Notes: generated by a model not told the origin, from the sequence alone. A stretch of 63,414 nucleotides of DNA, filler included, from Clostridiaceae bacterium (GCA_012839865.1; 6 parts of 5 records of this genome joined end to end with filler, not necessarily neighbours in it), one strand, 5' to 3'. Positions 9,971 to 19,486 are shown, counted from the whole stretch's first letter. Numbers and translations are program-made.

Positions 9971-10821
9971 CTTGCACCTCCATTTTCTGGGGTGTTTGCA
10001 CTTTTCATGCTATCAACGGAAAGATTGAGATTTTGTATTTGTCCCCTTGCTTCATCGTCCATAATTCCTTTATTGTTTTCAACAATAATATTCAGCTTCT
10101 CCACTGCCTTTTCATAGACAAAGGTTTTAGCGCTGGTAGGCTGGCTTTCATCAATATATAGCCTTGTTTCCAGTACACCAAGTTTTTTTGCAATTTCCAA
10201 ATCCCTGTACTGGTCTTCGTCAACGGATAATATAATCTTATAAGACTCTCCGGGATGCGCTTTTGAATTGTTACCATCCCTGCCGCTTCCCTCCAAGAGT
10301 TTATGTACTTTTATTTTTGGAACTACAACATCGTAATCTCCATTCCCATAGTTTACAAGTATATCAACAATATTGCCCGATTTTACCTCTCCTGCTACAA
10401 TACCGTATACTTCAAATTCCTTTAATCTCTCAAAATCTTTAAACCATTTTACATCCTGGGACAGGCTGTCGTTTAAAATCTGCTCTCCCGGCCGTAAATC
10501 CTCTTTTGCCACTTTATTTATCAATTGTGATTTATCAGTTACTACATTCTTAGCAGCATATTTCTCAGGTATTTCAACAATGCTTATGCATGAATCAGCA
10601 ATATCTTCGGTAATCAGAGTGTAACGTGCAATACCCTGATTTCCGGTCACAATTGCTGTTTTAACCTTTGGCATTGCATTCAAATCAATATCCCTGCGCA
10701 CCTGCAATTCAGTTTTCTGCTGCACATTTGGTATGACTATGTTGTTATAATAAAAAATCAGGCCAGCAATTACTAAGCAAAAAGCTGCCAATATAAGAAT
10801 AAGCTTATCCTTCCCAATCAA
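9967..10821 (-). CDS. CpaB/RcpC-like SAF-domain protein
   Basis: N-terminal TM; SAF-like segment (...KVAKEDLRPGEQIL); VKSGNIVDILV; TTG start 7 nt after AGGAGG. Confidence 0.75.
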   Translation of the reverse strand: MIGKDKLILILAAFCLVIAGLIFYYNNIVIPNVQQKTELQVRRDIDLNAMPKVKTAIVTGNQGIARYTLITEDIADSCISIVEIPEKYAAKNVVTDKSQLINKVAKEDLRPGEQILNDSLSQDVKWFKDFERLKEFEVYGIVAGEVKSGNIVDILVNYGNGDYDVVVPKIKVHKLLEGSGRDGNNSKAHPGESYKIILSVDEDQYRDLEIAKKLGVLETRLYIDESQPTSAKTFVYEKAVEKLNIIVENNKGIMDDEARGQIQNLNLSVDSMKSANTPENGGAR

Positions 10822-12442
10822 GGTTTTCCCTCCTAAAACCAAAATTTTTCCTAAAAAATTCTTTCAGTTTCTCTGTCAAGCCAGGTTTTGCAATAATATT
10901 GAACTGTCCCAGCATGCCGCTGTATTCTTCTTCAAGAAGCTTAAATGCTGAATCAGGATAAAATGCATCTTTATTCTTGTACAACTCTCTTTCAGGTTTG
11001 TAGTTTATCGTCCCAAGAAAACATTTTGGAGAAAAAACTTTTTTCAGAATATCCAATGGAAGGTTTATTCCCTTTTTATAATTGAAAGCTGCATATTTTA
11101 CTTGCGTAATTGGATATTGAAGCCTTTTGCATATGATGTCAACAACCTTCTTATACTGCCTTACAACATCAAAATTTGCTTCTGAAGCAACTATCAGATA
11201 ATCGGAAGTTTTGAGTATGCCCTCATAAATCGTATTCCGGTCCATAATTACAATGCACATGTCATGGTACTTGTAGGCAGCATCTATTAACTTGTCGAAT
11301 TCAAAGGGAGCTTTTCCGGTGTTTTCAAAATTGAATAATCCGCATAGTATGTAGAGGTTTTTAGCCGGTTTTAACGCTGAATTTTCAAAGATTTGGTGAA
11401 GGTCAGTTCCTTCCGTCAACATATTATAAGCAACTTCAAGAGGACTTTTCCCATACTCGGCTACATATCTTGAAAGTTTTCTTTCTATGCACATGCAAAT
11501 ATCAAGCTTGCTGTCAAAGTAGCTTGTATCTATAATAACAGTCTTAAGCCCGGCTGCTTTTGAAATAATCCAACCTAGTTCCGATGCAAATTCCGTATTG
11601 TCCAGTACACACAGAATCAGTCTTCTAAAGCTTTTATAATAAGGTTTTCCTTTTGTTTCACGTTTCTCTTTACTTGCAATATTGTTAATTGCTTCTATAA
11701 GCTCATCAATTTTTTGATACCTCTTGCCAGGGTCTTCCTGTGTGCATTTTATTATAATATTTTCAATTTCCTGCGACAGATTTCCCTTAATTTCTCTCAC
11801 AGGACGGAGCTTGTAGGGTGGAGTTGTTGGATCATGACCGGTAAGCAAATGATAAATGGTTACACCCAGACTATAAATGTCAGTTGCAGGTGTGCTTTGA
11901 CCCAGGCCGTATTGCTCAGGTGCCGCATAACCGCGGCTCCCTATAAAAACAGTATCCGTACTTGCAGTATCCTTATATTCCCTTGCGATTCCAAAATCGA
12001 CAAGCTTTAAAGCTCCCTGATCTGTAAGTATTATATTGGAAGGCTTCATGTCACGATAAATAATGGGGTTGGGCTTTTGCTCATGCAAGAACTTAAGTAC
12101 ATGACATAGCTGCAAAAACCAATCAATAGCGGTTTTCTCGTCAATAGTACCGTTGTTTTTCAGAAATTCCTTAAGGTTTATTCCCTCAATGTAGTCTTCA
12201 ACTATGTACAAATTGCTATTTTCTTCAAAGATATCAAATATACGCGGAAGGGCAGGATGGTTAAGCTTCTTTAAAATGTCATACTCTTTTACGTTTATGT
12301 TTTTTTGATTAATACTGTTAATTTCCTTTATCGCCCAGTAAGTTTGAAGCTTGACATTTTCAGCTTTATATACTGTACCCATTCCACCATGGCCAATTTT
12401 ATCAATTATTTTATACTTTCCATCAAGCAGCCTTTCTTCCAT
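10805..12442 (-). CDS. Cytoplasmic Hanks-type Ser/Thr protein kinase fused to a MinD/ParA-like C-terminal domain
   Basis: GHGGMG, AIK, YRDMKPSN, DFG, APE and DIYSLG subdomains; no TM or PASTA; ~290-aa alpha/beta tail. ATG at 12442 follows GGGGAG. Confidence 0.85.
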   Translation of the reverse strand: MEERLLDGKYKIIDKIGHGGMGTVYKAENVKLQTYWAIKEINSINQKNINVKEYDILKKLNHPALPRIFDIFEENSNLYIVEDYIEGINLKEFLKNNGTIDEKTAIDWFLQLCHVLKFLHEQKPNPIIYRDMKPSNIILTDQGALKLVDFGIAREYKDTASTDTVFIGSRGYAAPEQYGLGQSTPATDIYSLGVTIYHLLTGHDPTTPPYKLRPVREIKGNLSQEIENIIIKCTQEDPGKRYQKIDELIEAINNIASKEKRETKGKPYYKSFRRLILCVLDNTEFASELGWIISKAAGLKTVIIDTSYFDSKLDICMCIERKLSRYVAEYGKSPLEVAYNMLTEGTDLHQIFENSALKPAKNLYILCGLFNFENTGKAPFEFDKLIDAAYKYHDMCIVIMDRNTIYEGILKTSDYLIVASEANFDVVRQYKKVVDIICKRLQYPITQVKYAAFNYKKGINLPLDILKKVFSPKCFLGTINYKPERELYKNKDAFYPDSAFKLLEEEYSGMLGQFNIIAKPGLTEKLKEFFRKNFGFRRENLDWEG

Positions 12443-12752
12443 ATCTCTCCCCCACACTGGCTGTTGCGACGGTTGGAACGAATTAGCCTTATATACTAAG
12501 TTAACCATTCATAATATGTTATGTATTTCTACATATTTCAATTTTATATAATAGTGAACAAGATTATAACATAGAATTTTGGATTATGGAAGGGTATTTT
12601 GTAAAATTTTATATTATTTTATTGTTATGATGGCATATATGTAGCCCGTAATCCATTTTCCCAGAAAAATTGTATTTTTAGGTATTATCATGAAATGTTG
12701 TATTATTGGAAGCTCATCATTAACATCACACACTCTGCGTTGGGTAAGTTGA

Positions 12753-12848
12753 CAGCTAATATCAGAAAATTTCAGCCGGTAAATCCTCATGATTTAACGG
12801 CATCGCTACGCCATCTGTGGCTTCGCTTGCGCCTCCTGATATTAGCTG
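12753..12848. repeat. ~100-nt multi-hairpin palindromic element
   Basis: Perfect 13-bp inverted repeat CAGCTAATATCAG/CTGATATTAGCTG enclosing hairpins GCCGgTAAATC-ctcat-GATTTAaCGGC and GCCA-tctg-TGGC. Confidence 0.7.
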
Positions 12849-12874
12849 CGTACTCCTGCACTGCACCGTTTTCT

Positions 12875-12997
12875 GTGAACTACATCGCCATTGAAATGGC
12901 GAGCTTCGAGTTCTCAACGAAACAATGACTGTTCCATCGGTACGCTTCCGGGGTGTCCAACCCCTCTACTGCTGGAATGGTTTTGTGGCCATTCCTA
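12875..12997 (-). mobile_element. Probable IS200/IS605 right end with TnpB-like C-terminal tail (omegaRNA/reRNA-like region)
   Basis: Minus strand is open from the gap edge (RNGHKTIPAVEGLDTPEAYRWNSHCFVENSKLAISMAM*, stop 12880-12882). Ends GAAGCTCGCCAT-TTCA-ATGGCGATGTAGTTCAC, resembling Firmicute IS605-type right ends. Confidence 0.6.
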
Positions 12998-13097
12998 NNN
13001 NNNNNNNNNNNNNNNNNNNNNNNNNNNNNNNNNNNNNNNNNTTAATTAATTAANNNNNNNNNNNNNNNNNNNNNNNNNNNNNNNNNNNNNNNNNNNN
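12998..13097. other. Assembly spacer (contig junction)
   Basis: 44 N + TTAATTAATTAA + 44 N. Confidence 0.99.
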
Positions 13098-13213
13098 AGA
13101 GTCTGATCTATTCCGTTTATCAATACAGGTTTACGGTATTTTGCACTCCAGACAATGTGGTAATTCACATTATCTACACAAGTTCTTGCATGAATAAGTT
13201 TACTTTTGTCCAT
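13098..13213 (-). mobile_element. tnpA: IS200/IS605 Y1 transposase N-terminal fragment, truncated by gap
   Basis: Translates MDKSKLIHARTCVDNVNYHIVWSAKYRKPVLINGIDQT, with the typical YHIVW..KYR motif. TTGTCT-N17-CATACT lies upstream. Confidence 0.85.
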
Positions 13214-13399
13214 ACATATAGTATGGCAAAGCTCATAATAACAGACAAGGTTTTTTGATTTATTGTAGCCTTATCAAGGCTGTGTATGCTTCTGTTGCAG
13301 AAAGCACATATTGGTGAAGTTCAGGTTTCAGTTTGGGACCTGGATACCATTACGGGTTGCAGGGAAGCAGGTATGGAATTACTTTAAGGAGTGAACAAA

Positions 13400-15499
13400 A
13401 TGGCTGGTATTAATATAACCGAACTTTTCGGCAGCATGGTGTTTGGAGATGCAGTAATGAAAGAACGTCTGCCGAAAGATATATATAATGCACTTAAAAA
13501 GACCATCGCCGACGGTACCCATTTGGAACTTGATGTAGCCAATGTGGTTGCAACGGCCATGAAGGATTGGGCAATTGAAAAAGGTGCAACTCATTTTACA
13601 CACTGGTTTCAGCCTATGACAGGCGTAACTGCTGAAAAACATGACAGTTTCATTGTTCCGGACGGTAATGGCAAGGTCATTACGGAGTTTTCAGGCAAAG
13701 CCCTGGTAAAGGGCGAGCCTGATGCCTCCAGTTTTCCTTCAGGCGGACTGCGCAGCACCTTCGAAGCCAGGGGATACACTGCATGGGATCCAACTTCCTA
13801 CGCATTTGTAAAAGGCAATACATTGTATATCCCCACAGCTTTCTGTTCCTACAGCGGAGAAGCCCTGGACAATAAAACTCCTCTTTTGCGTTCCATGCAG
13901 GCTCTCAGCAAACAGGCACTGCGAATTTTGCGTTTGTTTGGCAACACTGAAGCAAAACGTGTTGTGTCATCGGTAGGACCTGAACAGGAATACTTTTTAA
14001 TAGACAGGGATATATACTTAAAAAGGCCAGACCTTCTGTACTGCAACAGAACGCTTTTCGGAGCCCGGCCACCAAAAGGGCAGGAATTGGAAGATCACTA
14101 CTTTGGCAGCATAAAGCAGCGTGTTTCAGCCTTCATGCGTGAATTGGATGAAGAACTGTGGAAATTGGGAGTTTATGCAAAAACCGAACATAATGAGGTG
14201 GCTCCTGCCCAGCACGAACTTGCTCCAATTTACACGGAAGCCAATGTTGCTACAGACCACAACCAGATTACAATGGAATTGATGAAAAGCATTGCCGCAA
14301 AGCACAATCTTGCCTGTCTCCTGCATGAAAAGCCCTTTGCAGGAGTAAACGGCAGCGGAAAGCATATAAACTGGTCCATATCCACCAATACCGGGATAAA
14401 TCTATTGGAACCGGGGGATACGCCCTTTGAAAATGCACAATTTCTCCTGTTCCTGGTTGCTGTTATCAAAGCGGTGGACGATTACCAGGATCTGTTGCGT
14501 GTTTCTGTTGCAAGCGCGGGCAACGATCACCGTCTTGGCGCCAATGAAGCGCCCCCTGCCATTGTTTCCATTTTCCTGGGGGATGAACTTACTGAAATTC
14601 TCAATGCCCTGGAAAACAACACGCTATATGCAGGCAAATGCAAGACCTTGATGGAAATTGGCGCGACTGTACTTCCCCATTTTCCGAAAGACACAACCGA
14701 CCGCAACCGTACTTCACCCTTTGCCTTTACAGGCAACAAATTTGAATTTCGGATGCTTGGTTCAGCCTTCTCTATTGCAGGACCCATAATTGTCCTTAAC
14801 ACAATTATATCTGAAGTGTTGTCCCAATTCGCCGATGAACTTGAAAACAGCACTGATTTTAAAGGAGATTTGAGCAAATTAATTATAAGAACCATAAAAA
14901 ATCATAAACGCATCATTTTTAACGGAAACGGCTATGATGCTTCCTGGGTGAAAGAAGCTGAACAAAGAGGGCTATCCAATTTGAAAACCACCCCCGAAGC
15001 CTTGCCGGCATTGATTAATCCAAAAAATGTAGATATGTTTGTCCGTCATGGAGTTTTCACAAAACACGAACTGCATTCACGCTATGAAATTTTGCTTGAA
15101 AACTACTCAAAAACCATTAATATTGAAGCCCTCACAATGATGGACATGGTAAACAAACAGGTAATCCCTGCAGTAATTGGTTATCAGAAAGAACTGGCTG
15201 AATTAATACTTCATAAAAAGGCCATAAGAGCCAATATTGAAACATCTTTGGAGGAAAACCTCCTGAACAGGATATCCAAATTGTCGTTATTGATGGAAAA
15301 GAGACTGAATAATCTGGCCGAGCAAACCCTGGCAGTCAGGGAGTTGAAGGACAATATGGCCATAGCCCGGGCATACCGTGAAAGGGTTTATATGGCTATG
15401 ATTGAATTGCGCTTGATAGTTGATGAACTCGAAATGCTCATAAGCAGCAGGTATTGGTCAATTCCAACCTACACAGAGATATTGAACAGCGTATTATGA
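13400..15499 (+). CDS. glnA: Glutamine synthetase type III
   Basis: ~700 aa; [64 protein letters not shown]. Confidence 0.95.
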   Translation: MAGINITELFGSMVFGDAVMKERLPKDIYNALKKTIADGTHLELDVANVVATAMKDWAIEKGATHFTHWFQPMTGVTAEKHDSFIVPDGNGKVITEFSGKALVKGEPDASSFPSGGLRSTFEARGYTAWDPTSYAFVKGNTLYIPTAFCSYSGEALDNKTPLLRSMQALSKQALRILRLFGNTEAKRVVSSVGPEQEYFLIDRDIYLKRPDLLYCNRTLFGARPPKGQELEDHYFGSIKQRVSAFMRELDEELWKLGVYAKTEHNEVAPAQHELAPIYTEANVATDHNQITMELMKSIAAKHNLACLLHEKPFAGVNGSGKHINWSISTNTGINLLEPGDTPFENAQFLLFLVAVIKAVDDYQDLLRVSVASAGNDHRLGANEAPPAIVSIFLGDELTEILNALENNTLYAGKCKTLMEIGATVLPHFPKDTTDRNRTSPFAFTGNKFEFRMLGSAFSIAGPIIVLNTIISEVLSQFADELENSTDFKGDLSKLIIRTIKNHKRIIFNGNGYDASWVKEAEQRGLSNLKTTPEALPALINPKNVDMFVRHGVFTKHELHSRYEILLENYSKTINIEALTMMDMVNKQVIPAVIGYQKELAELILHKKAIRANIETSLEENLLNRISKLSLLMEKRLNNLAEQTLAVRELKDNMAIARAYRERVYMAMIELRLIVDELEMLISSRYWSIPTYTEILNSVL

Positions 15500-15505
15500 C
15501 AAGCA

Positions 15506-15661
15506 GGACAGGGGGGCAGGTTCATTGTTCCGGTTAGATCTGGTCCAATCGGGACAGGGGACAGGTCCCTTGTCCCGGCTAAATCCGGCTGATTGGTCAG
15601 CCAACCATCCCACTTACCCCCTCAAAGAAAATAGTACAAAGTGTCTGTCCCCCTGTTTCAC
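15506..15661. repeat. Cluster of REP-like GGGAC...GTCCC palindromes
   Basis: GGACAGGGGGGCAGGTTCATTGTTCC (15506-15531), GGGACAGGGGACAGGTCCCTTGTCCC (15551-15576) and an inverted degenerate copy near 15634-15661. Confidence 0.7.
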
Positions 15662-15733
15662 CCCCCCGTTGAAGGCATAAGAGAAATGTGGTACAATCAG
15701 CGCAATAACAATCCATTTTGAAAGGTGACAAAG

Positions 15734-16962
15734 ATGAAGCAGGAACGGCAGTATCCCAATGTCATGATTACACCCAAAGCAGAACGCAGTATCAAGAACG
15801 GACATCCATGGATATACGGAGAAGAGATTCTCAAAACAGAGGGCACGCCCCAAAACGGCGGACTGGTGGATGTATTCGCCGGAAACGCCTTTATGGGTAC
15901 AGGCTTTTACAACAGTGCCAGCAAGATTACCGTTCGACTTATTTCCCGCAATGCCAACGATGTATTTGACCCTCCCTTTTGGCGCCGTCGTGTGGAGTAT
16001 GCCGTTCGTTACCGTAAAACTGTCATGCCGGGCGCAGACTTTGCCTGTTGCCGCCTGATTCACGGCGAGGCTGACCAGATGCCGGGACTGACAGTGGACC
16101 GATATAGCAGCATTCTGTCTGTGCAAATTGCCTGCCTTGGTATGGAGCTTGTCAAAGATGCGGTTTACCGTGCCCTTTGGGATGTGCTTTCTGAAATGGG
16201 AGAAACTATTTCCGGGATTTATGAACGCAATGATATTGCCTTGCGTACCCAGGAAAAGCTGCCGGAGTATAAGGGTTGGTACCGGTCCGATGACATACCT
16301 GCACCGGAATCCGCTGTGACTGAAATATGCGAAAACAGCGTGAGATATTTGGTAGATGTGGAAAACGGTCAGAAAACCGGTTTTTTCCTGGACCAGAAGT
16401 ATAACCGTGCCGCTGTAGCCCGGATTGCCAGAGGCAAGAGGGTACTGGACTGCTTTACCCACACCGGCTCCTTCGGCCTCAATGCAGCGTTGGGCGGAGC
16501 AGAGCATGTGACCTGCGTGGATATCTCACAGTCAGCCATTGACATGGCAAAAGAAAATGCCCTGCGCAACGGGCTGGACAAAAAAATGGATTTTCTATGT
16601 GAGGACGTGTTTGACCTGCTGACAAAGCTGGCAGAGCAGAAATGCCGGGACTATGACTTCATCATCCTTGACCCCCGGCCTTTACCAAATCCCGCAAGAC
16701 TATACAGGGTGCTTCCCGCGGATACAAGGAGATTAACCTGAAGGCCATGAAGCTGCTGCCACGGGGAGGATATCTGGCCACTTGCAGTTGCAGCCACTTC
16801 ATGACGGATGACTTGTTCCGTAAAATACTGGCAAACGCCGCAAAGGACGCTTCTGTGTCCCTAAGGCAGATTGAAGCCCGGCAACAAGCCCCGGACCATC
16901 CCATCCTGTGGAATGTTCCGGAGACGGATTACCTTAAGTTTTATATCTTCCAGGTCGTATGA
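15734..16962 (+). CDS. RlmI-like class I SAM-dependent rRNA methyltransferase (PUA + MTase), split by a 1-nt frameshift
   Basis: GHPWIY, GQKTGFFLDQ, VLDCFTHTGSF. One extra C in the C5 run near 16672-16676 restores LDPPAFTKSRKTIQGASRGYKEINLKAMKLL and joins ORF 16747..16962. Confidence 0.85.
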
Positions 16963-17087
16963 GCTGTATTTTAATGCAGTTGGAAGACATGACAGTGAAA
17001 AAAAATGTCCTATGAATGCTAATCGACCTGTTTCACTTAACATCAGTATTTTATTTTTGATAAAAACAAATAATCTTTAAAAATAAG

Positions 17088-17128
17088 TATACCCTCAATA
17101 TGCATCAATAAGCCATATTGAGGGTATA
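17088..17128. terminator. Perfect 15-bp hairpin between convergent genes (bidirectional terminator candidate)
   Basis: TATACCCTCAATATG-11nt-CATATTGAGGGTATA. Confidence 0.6.
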
Positions 17129-17204
17129 AATCAAGCTCTTATTTCAGATACTGCATCCAATCTTTTGGCTGTTACTTAATAATACAACTTTGTGAAAACT
17201 GGTA

Positions 17205-17608
17205 TTAGCATTCGTATGTCTTTGCCGCCTCGAATTCGTCCAGTATGGCCTGATCCGGTTTTTTCGTCAAAAGCGACACGATGACTATGGCTATGCATGA
17301 GAGCATGAATGCCGGGAATAGTTCATATATGGCGAAGACTCCCCCAAGACGTGAAATCAGCTTGTTCCATATGAATACCATACTGCCTCCGGTAAGCATG
17401 CCTGCGATTGCACCTGCCCTCGTCGTTTTATTCCAGAATAATGAAAACAGTATAATAGGTCCGAAGGTAGCTCCAAAGCCTGCCCATGCAAATGATACCA
17501 CCTTGAAGATAACACTTTTTTCATCCAATGCTATGATTATTCCGAATAACGAAACAAGCAGCAATGTTATACGCGAAACAATCATTACCTGTTTATCGGT
17601 CGCATCCT
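17205..17608 (-). CDS. putP: Sodium:solute (proline) symporter, C-terminal fragment
   Basis: VSFAWAGFGATFGP..LFSLFW...T..GAIAGM motif; frame open into the gap. Confidence 0.75.
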
Positions 17609-17708
17609 NNNNNNNNNNNNNNNNNNNNNNNNNNNNNNNNNNNNNNNNNNNNTTAATTAATTAANNNNNNNNNNNNNNNNNNNNNNNNNNNNNNNNNNNN
17701 NNNNNNNN
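17609..17708. other. Assembly spacer
   Basis: N/TTAATTAATTAA/N. Confidence 0.99.
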
Positions 17709-17723
17709 AAGGAGTTTTAATAA

Positions 17724-18107
17724 TTGCCTAGGAACGTTATGGCATGCGTAACACAGCAAAAAACCTGCGAAAGGTTGATCAGAAAAGCTGCTGAGATAAA
17801 CAAGAAGGAAAAAGGCTCGTTATACGTAATTCATGTAACAAAGGATGAAAATTTTTTTCTGGGTAATACCCACGAAGGAGAGGCACTTGAGTATCTTTTC
17901 GGCATATCAAAATTATTTGGGGCAAACCTCCATGTAGTAAAGTCCAATGACGTTATAAAATCCATCGCAGATTTCTCAAAGAATAACAATGTTGGAATCA
18001 TTGTCATTGGAGAATCACCTGAACCGGCTGAAAACAAGTTTCATATGGAACTGCAAAAAATGTTGAATAATGTCGATATCAGAATTATCCCCCAACCGGA
18101 AAAATAG
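17724..18107 (+). CDS. Universal stress protein (USP) domain protein
   Basis: VMACVTQQKTCERLI, LYVIHV, IIVIGES; TTG start after AAGGAG. Confidence 0.75.
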   Translation: MPRNVMACVTQQKTCERLIRKAAEINKKEKGSLYVIHVTKDENFFLGNTHEGEALEYLFGISKLFGANLHVVKSNDVIKSIADFSKNNNVGIIVIGESPEPAENKFHMELQKMLNNVDIRIIPQPEK

Positions 18108-18230
18108 TTTAGCATTCTCGTTGAATCATGTTTTTAGTGGCCAGGTCATATAAAATTTGTTTAGCATAAAAACTTTGTAGAAAAAATATGCAAAAAAGTA
18201 GTGCTTAAATCCTAATTTACGTTAAATCGC

Positions 18231-18259
18231 TTGACTTAGCAATATTTTCATTATAAAAT
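18231..18259 (+). promoter_or_regulatory. SigA-type promoter of hup
   Basis: TTGACT-N17-TAAAAT. Confidence 0.7.
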
Positions 18260-18293
18260 GATGTCGAATTCCATATTTAGGAGGTTTTGGCCC

Positions 18294-18566
18294 ATGAATA
18301 AAACTGATTTAATTAGCGCTATAGCAGCTAAGTCCGGAATGAGCAAGAAAAGCAGTGAAATTGCATTGAACGCAGTAATCGAATCTATTCAGGACGCACT
18401 TAAAGCTGGAGAAAAAGTAACCCTGGTTGGTTTTGGAACATTCGAAGTAAGAAAGAGAGCTGAAAGAAAAGGACGCAATCCACAAACCAAGGAAATCATT
18501 ACTATTCCTGCATCTTTTGCTCCAGTATTTAAGGCCGGCAAAGGTTTAAAAGAAAAAGTTAATTAG
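18294..18566 (+). CDS. hup: DNA-binding protein HU
   Basis: MNKTDLI...VTLVGFGTFEV..RAERKGRNPQT...PVFKAGK; AGGAGG RBS. Confidence 0.97.
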   Translation: MNKTDLISAIAAKSGMSKKSSEIALNAVIESIQDALKAGEKVTLVGFGTFEVRKRAERKGRNPQTKEIITIPASFAPVFKAGKGLKEKVN

Positions 18567-18583
18567 GTCCATATTTTAAAAAT

Positions 18584-18612
18584 AAAAAGCTCTGGCAGCA
18601 CCAGAGCTTTTT
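18584..18612 (+). terminator. Rho-independent terminator
   Basis: AAAAAGCTCTGG-cagca-CCAGAGCTTTTT. Confidence 0.85.
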
Positions 18613-18630
18613 ATTTTTTACTTTTTTAAG

Positions 18631-18930
18631 GGGACCAGAGGGACGGTTCTTTTGGTTCCTATCCGTAACCTGGCATGTACCACATGGAACCCGTGGAATT
18701 GTTCTTTGGGTCCCGAACCATGTAGATGGTTTTTGGGGTCCCAGTCGCCTGCCATATGGCTCAAGCCACAGGAACCGCCATCCTGGCTCAGAACTGCAGG
18801 GACAATCCATATGGTCCCAAGCCCCTATCAGTCCCCTGCCCTCTGCCCTCTATCACCTGCCGCTTGCTCAAGCCACAGAAACCGTCCCCCTGCCCCTGGT
18901 CCCTGCATGGTCTCGTGCCCCCGGTCCCAT
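18631..18930. repeat. Mosaic of degenerate REP-like repeats
   Basis: Bounded by GGGACCAGAGGGACGGTTCT and its inverse AGAAACCGTCCCCCTGCCCCTGGTCCC. Internal direct repeat GCTCAAGCCACAG(G/A)AACCG; several GGTCCC units. Confidence 0.7.
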
Positions 18931-18969
18931 GCAACACCGGAAGCACCTTTAACTTTGCGTTCCGGAACT

Positions 18970-19395
18970 TTAGAAGCATAGGAATCTTTCGATTCTGTTC
19001 AAATCAACTCCAAAATATACCCACCTGAATCCGGTCCACCTCCAGCCCGCTGCAGACCTTCTGCCTACAAACACAAGCCATGCCCAGAACTGCTGGCCGT
19101 TGTCGAGCCAGATATAGACAAACCTGCGAACACAAGGCCTTATAGCTCCAGGGTCAACTGCCAATACACCAGGTCCGGCAAGTGTCTGTGCCTGAGACTG
19201 GGCTGGAGTAAAGGACGGAGGAGGTCCTGGCGGTTGTCCTGCTCCCGGTGCCGACGGCGGAGTAAACTGTTGGCCAAATGGCGGAAAAAATTGCTGTCCA
19301 AATGGCGGACCACCTATTCCAAACGGAGGACCACCGGGGATAAACTGTTGTCCGAATGGCTGCCTCATCTGATAATAGTCATAATAATCACACAT
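18970..19395 (-). CDS. Pro/Gly/Gln/Phe-rich protein with conserved Trp-rich C-terminus (putative spore-associated)
   Basis: GQQF/GGPP repeats; AVDPGAIRPC..RFVYIWL.NG..FWAWL.FVGRRS..GWRW; GAGGTG RBS. Confidence 0.65.
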   Translation of the reverse strand: MCDYYDYYQMRQPFGQQFIPGGPPFGIGGPPFGQQFFPPFGQQFTPPSAPGAGQPPGPPPSFTPAQSQAQTLAGPGVLAVDPGAIRPCVRRFVYIWLDNGQQFWAWLVFVGRRSAAGWRWTGFRWVYFGVDLNRIERFLCF

Positions 19396-19431
19396 CAAAA
19401 ACACCTCTTGGTTTTATATATTTACATACAA

Positions 19432-19460
19432 TATATTATGTAAATAAACCTTGTCAGGTT
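19432..19460 (-). promoter_or_regulatory. SigK-like promoter candidate
   Basis: Minus strand AACC-N16-CATAATATA. Confidence 0.45.
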
Positions 19461-19486
19461 ACATATAACCCGAGATACCCTATTCC

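Noticed and set aside
12720..12760. GTCAACTTACCC on the minus strand, resembling a HEARO/IscB omegaRNA start
   Set aside because: The expected following hairpin and an iscB ORF are absent.
13220..13390. Possible ANTAR or other riboregulatory leader of glnA
   Set aside because: No pair of hexaloop hairpins with proper closing stems. The hairpins present are better explained by the IS left-end region.
18559..19028. Overlapping Pro/Cys-rich ORFs
   Set aside because: Products of the GC-rich REP-like mosaic; no RBS or domain signal.
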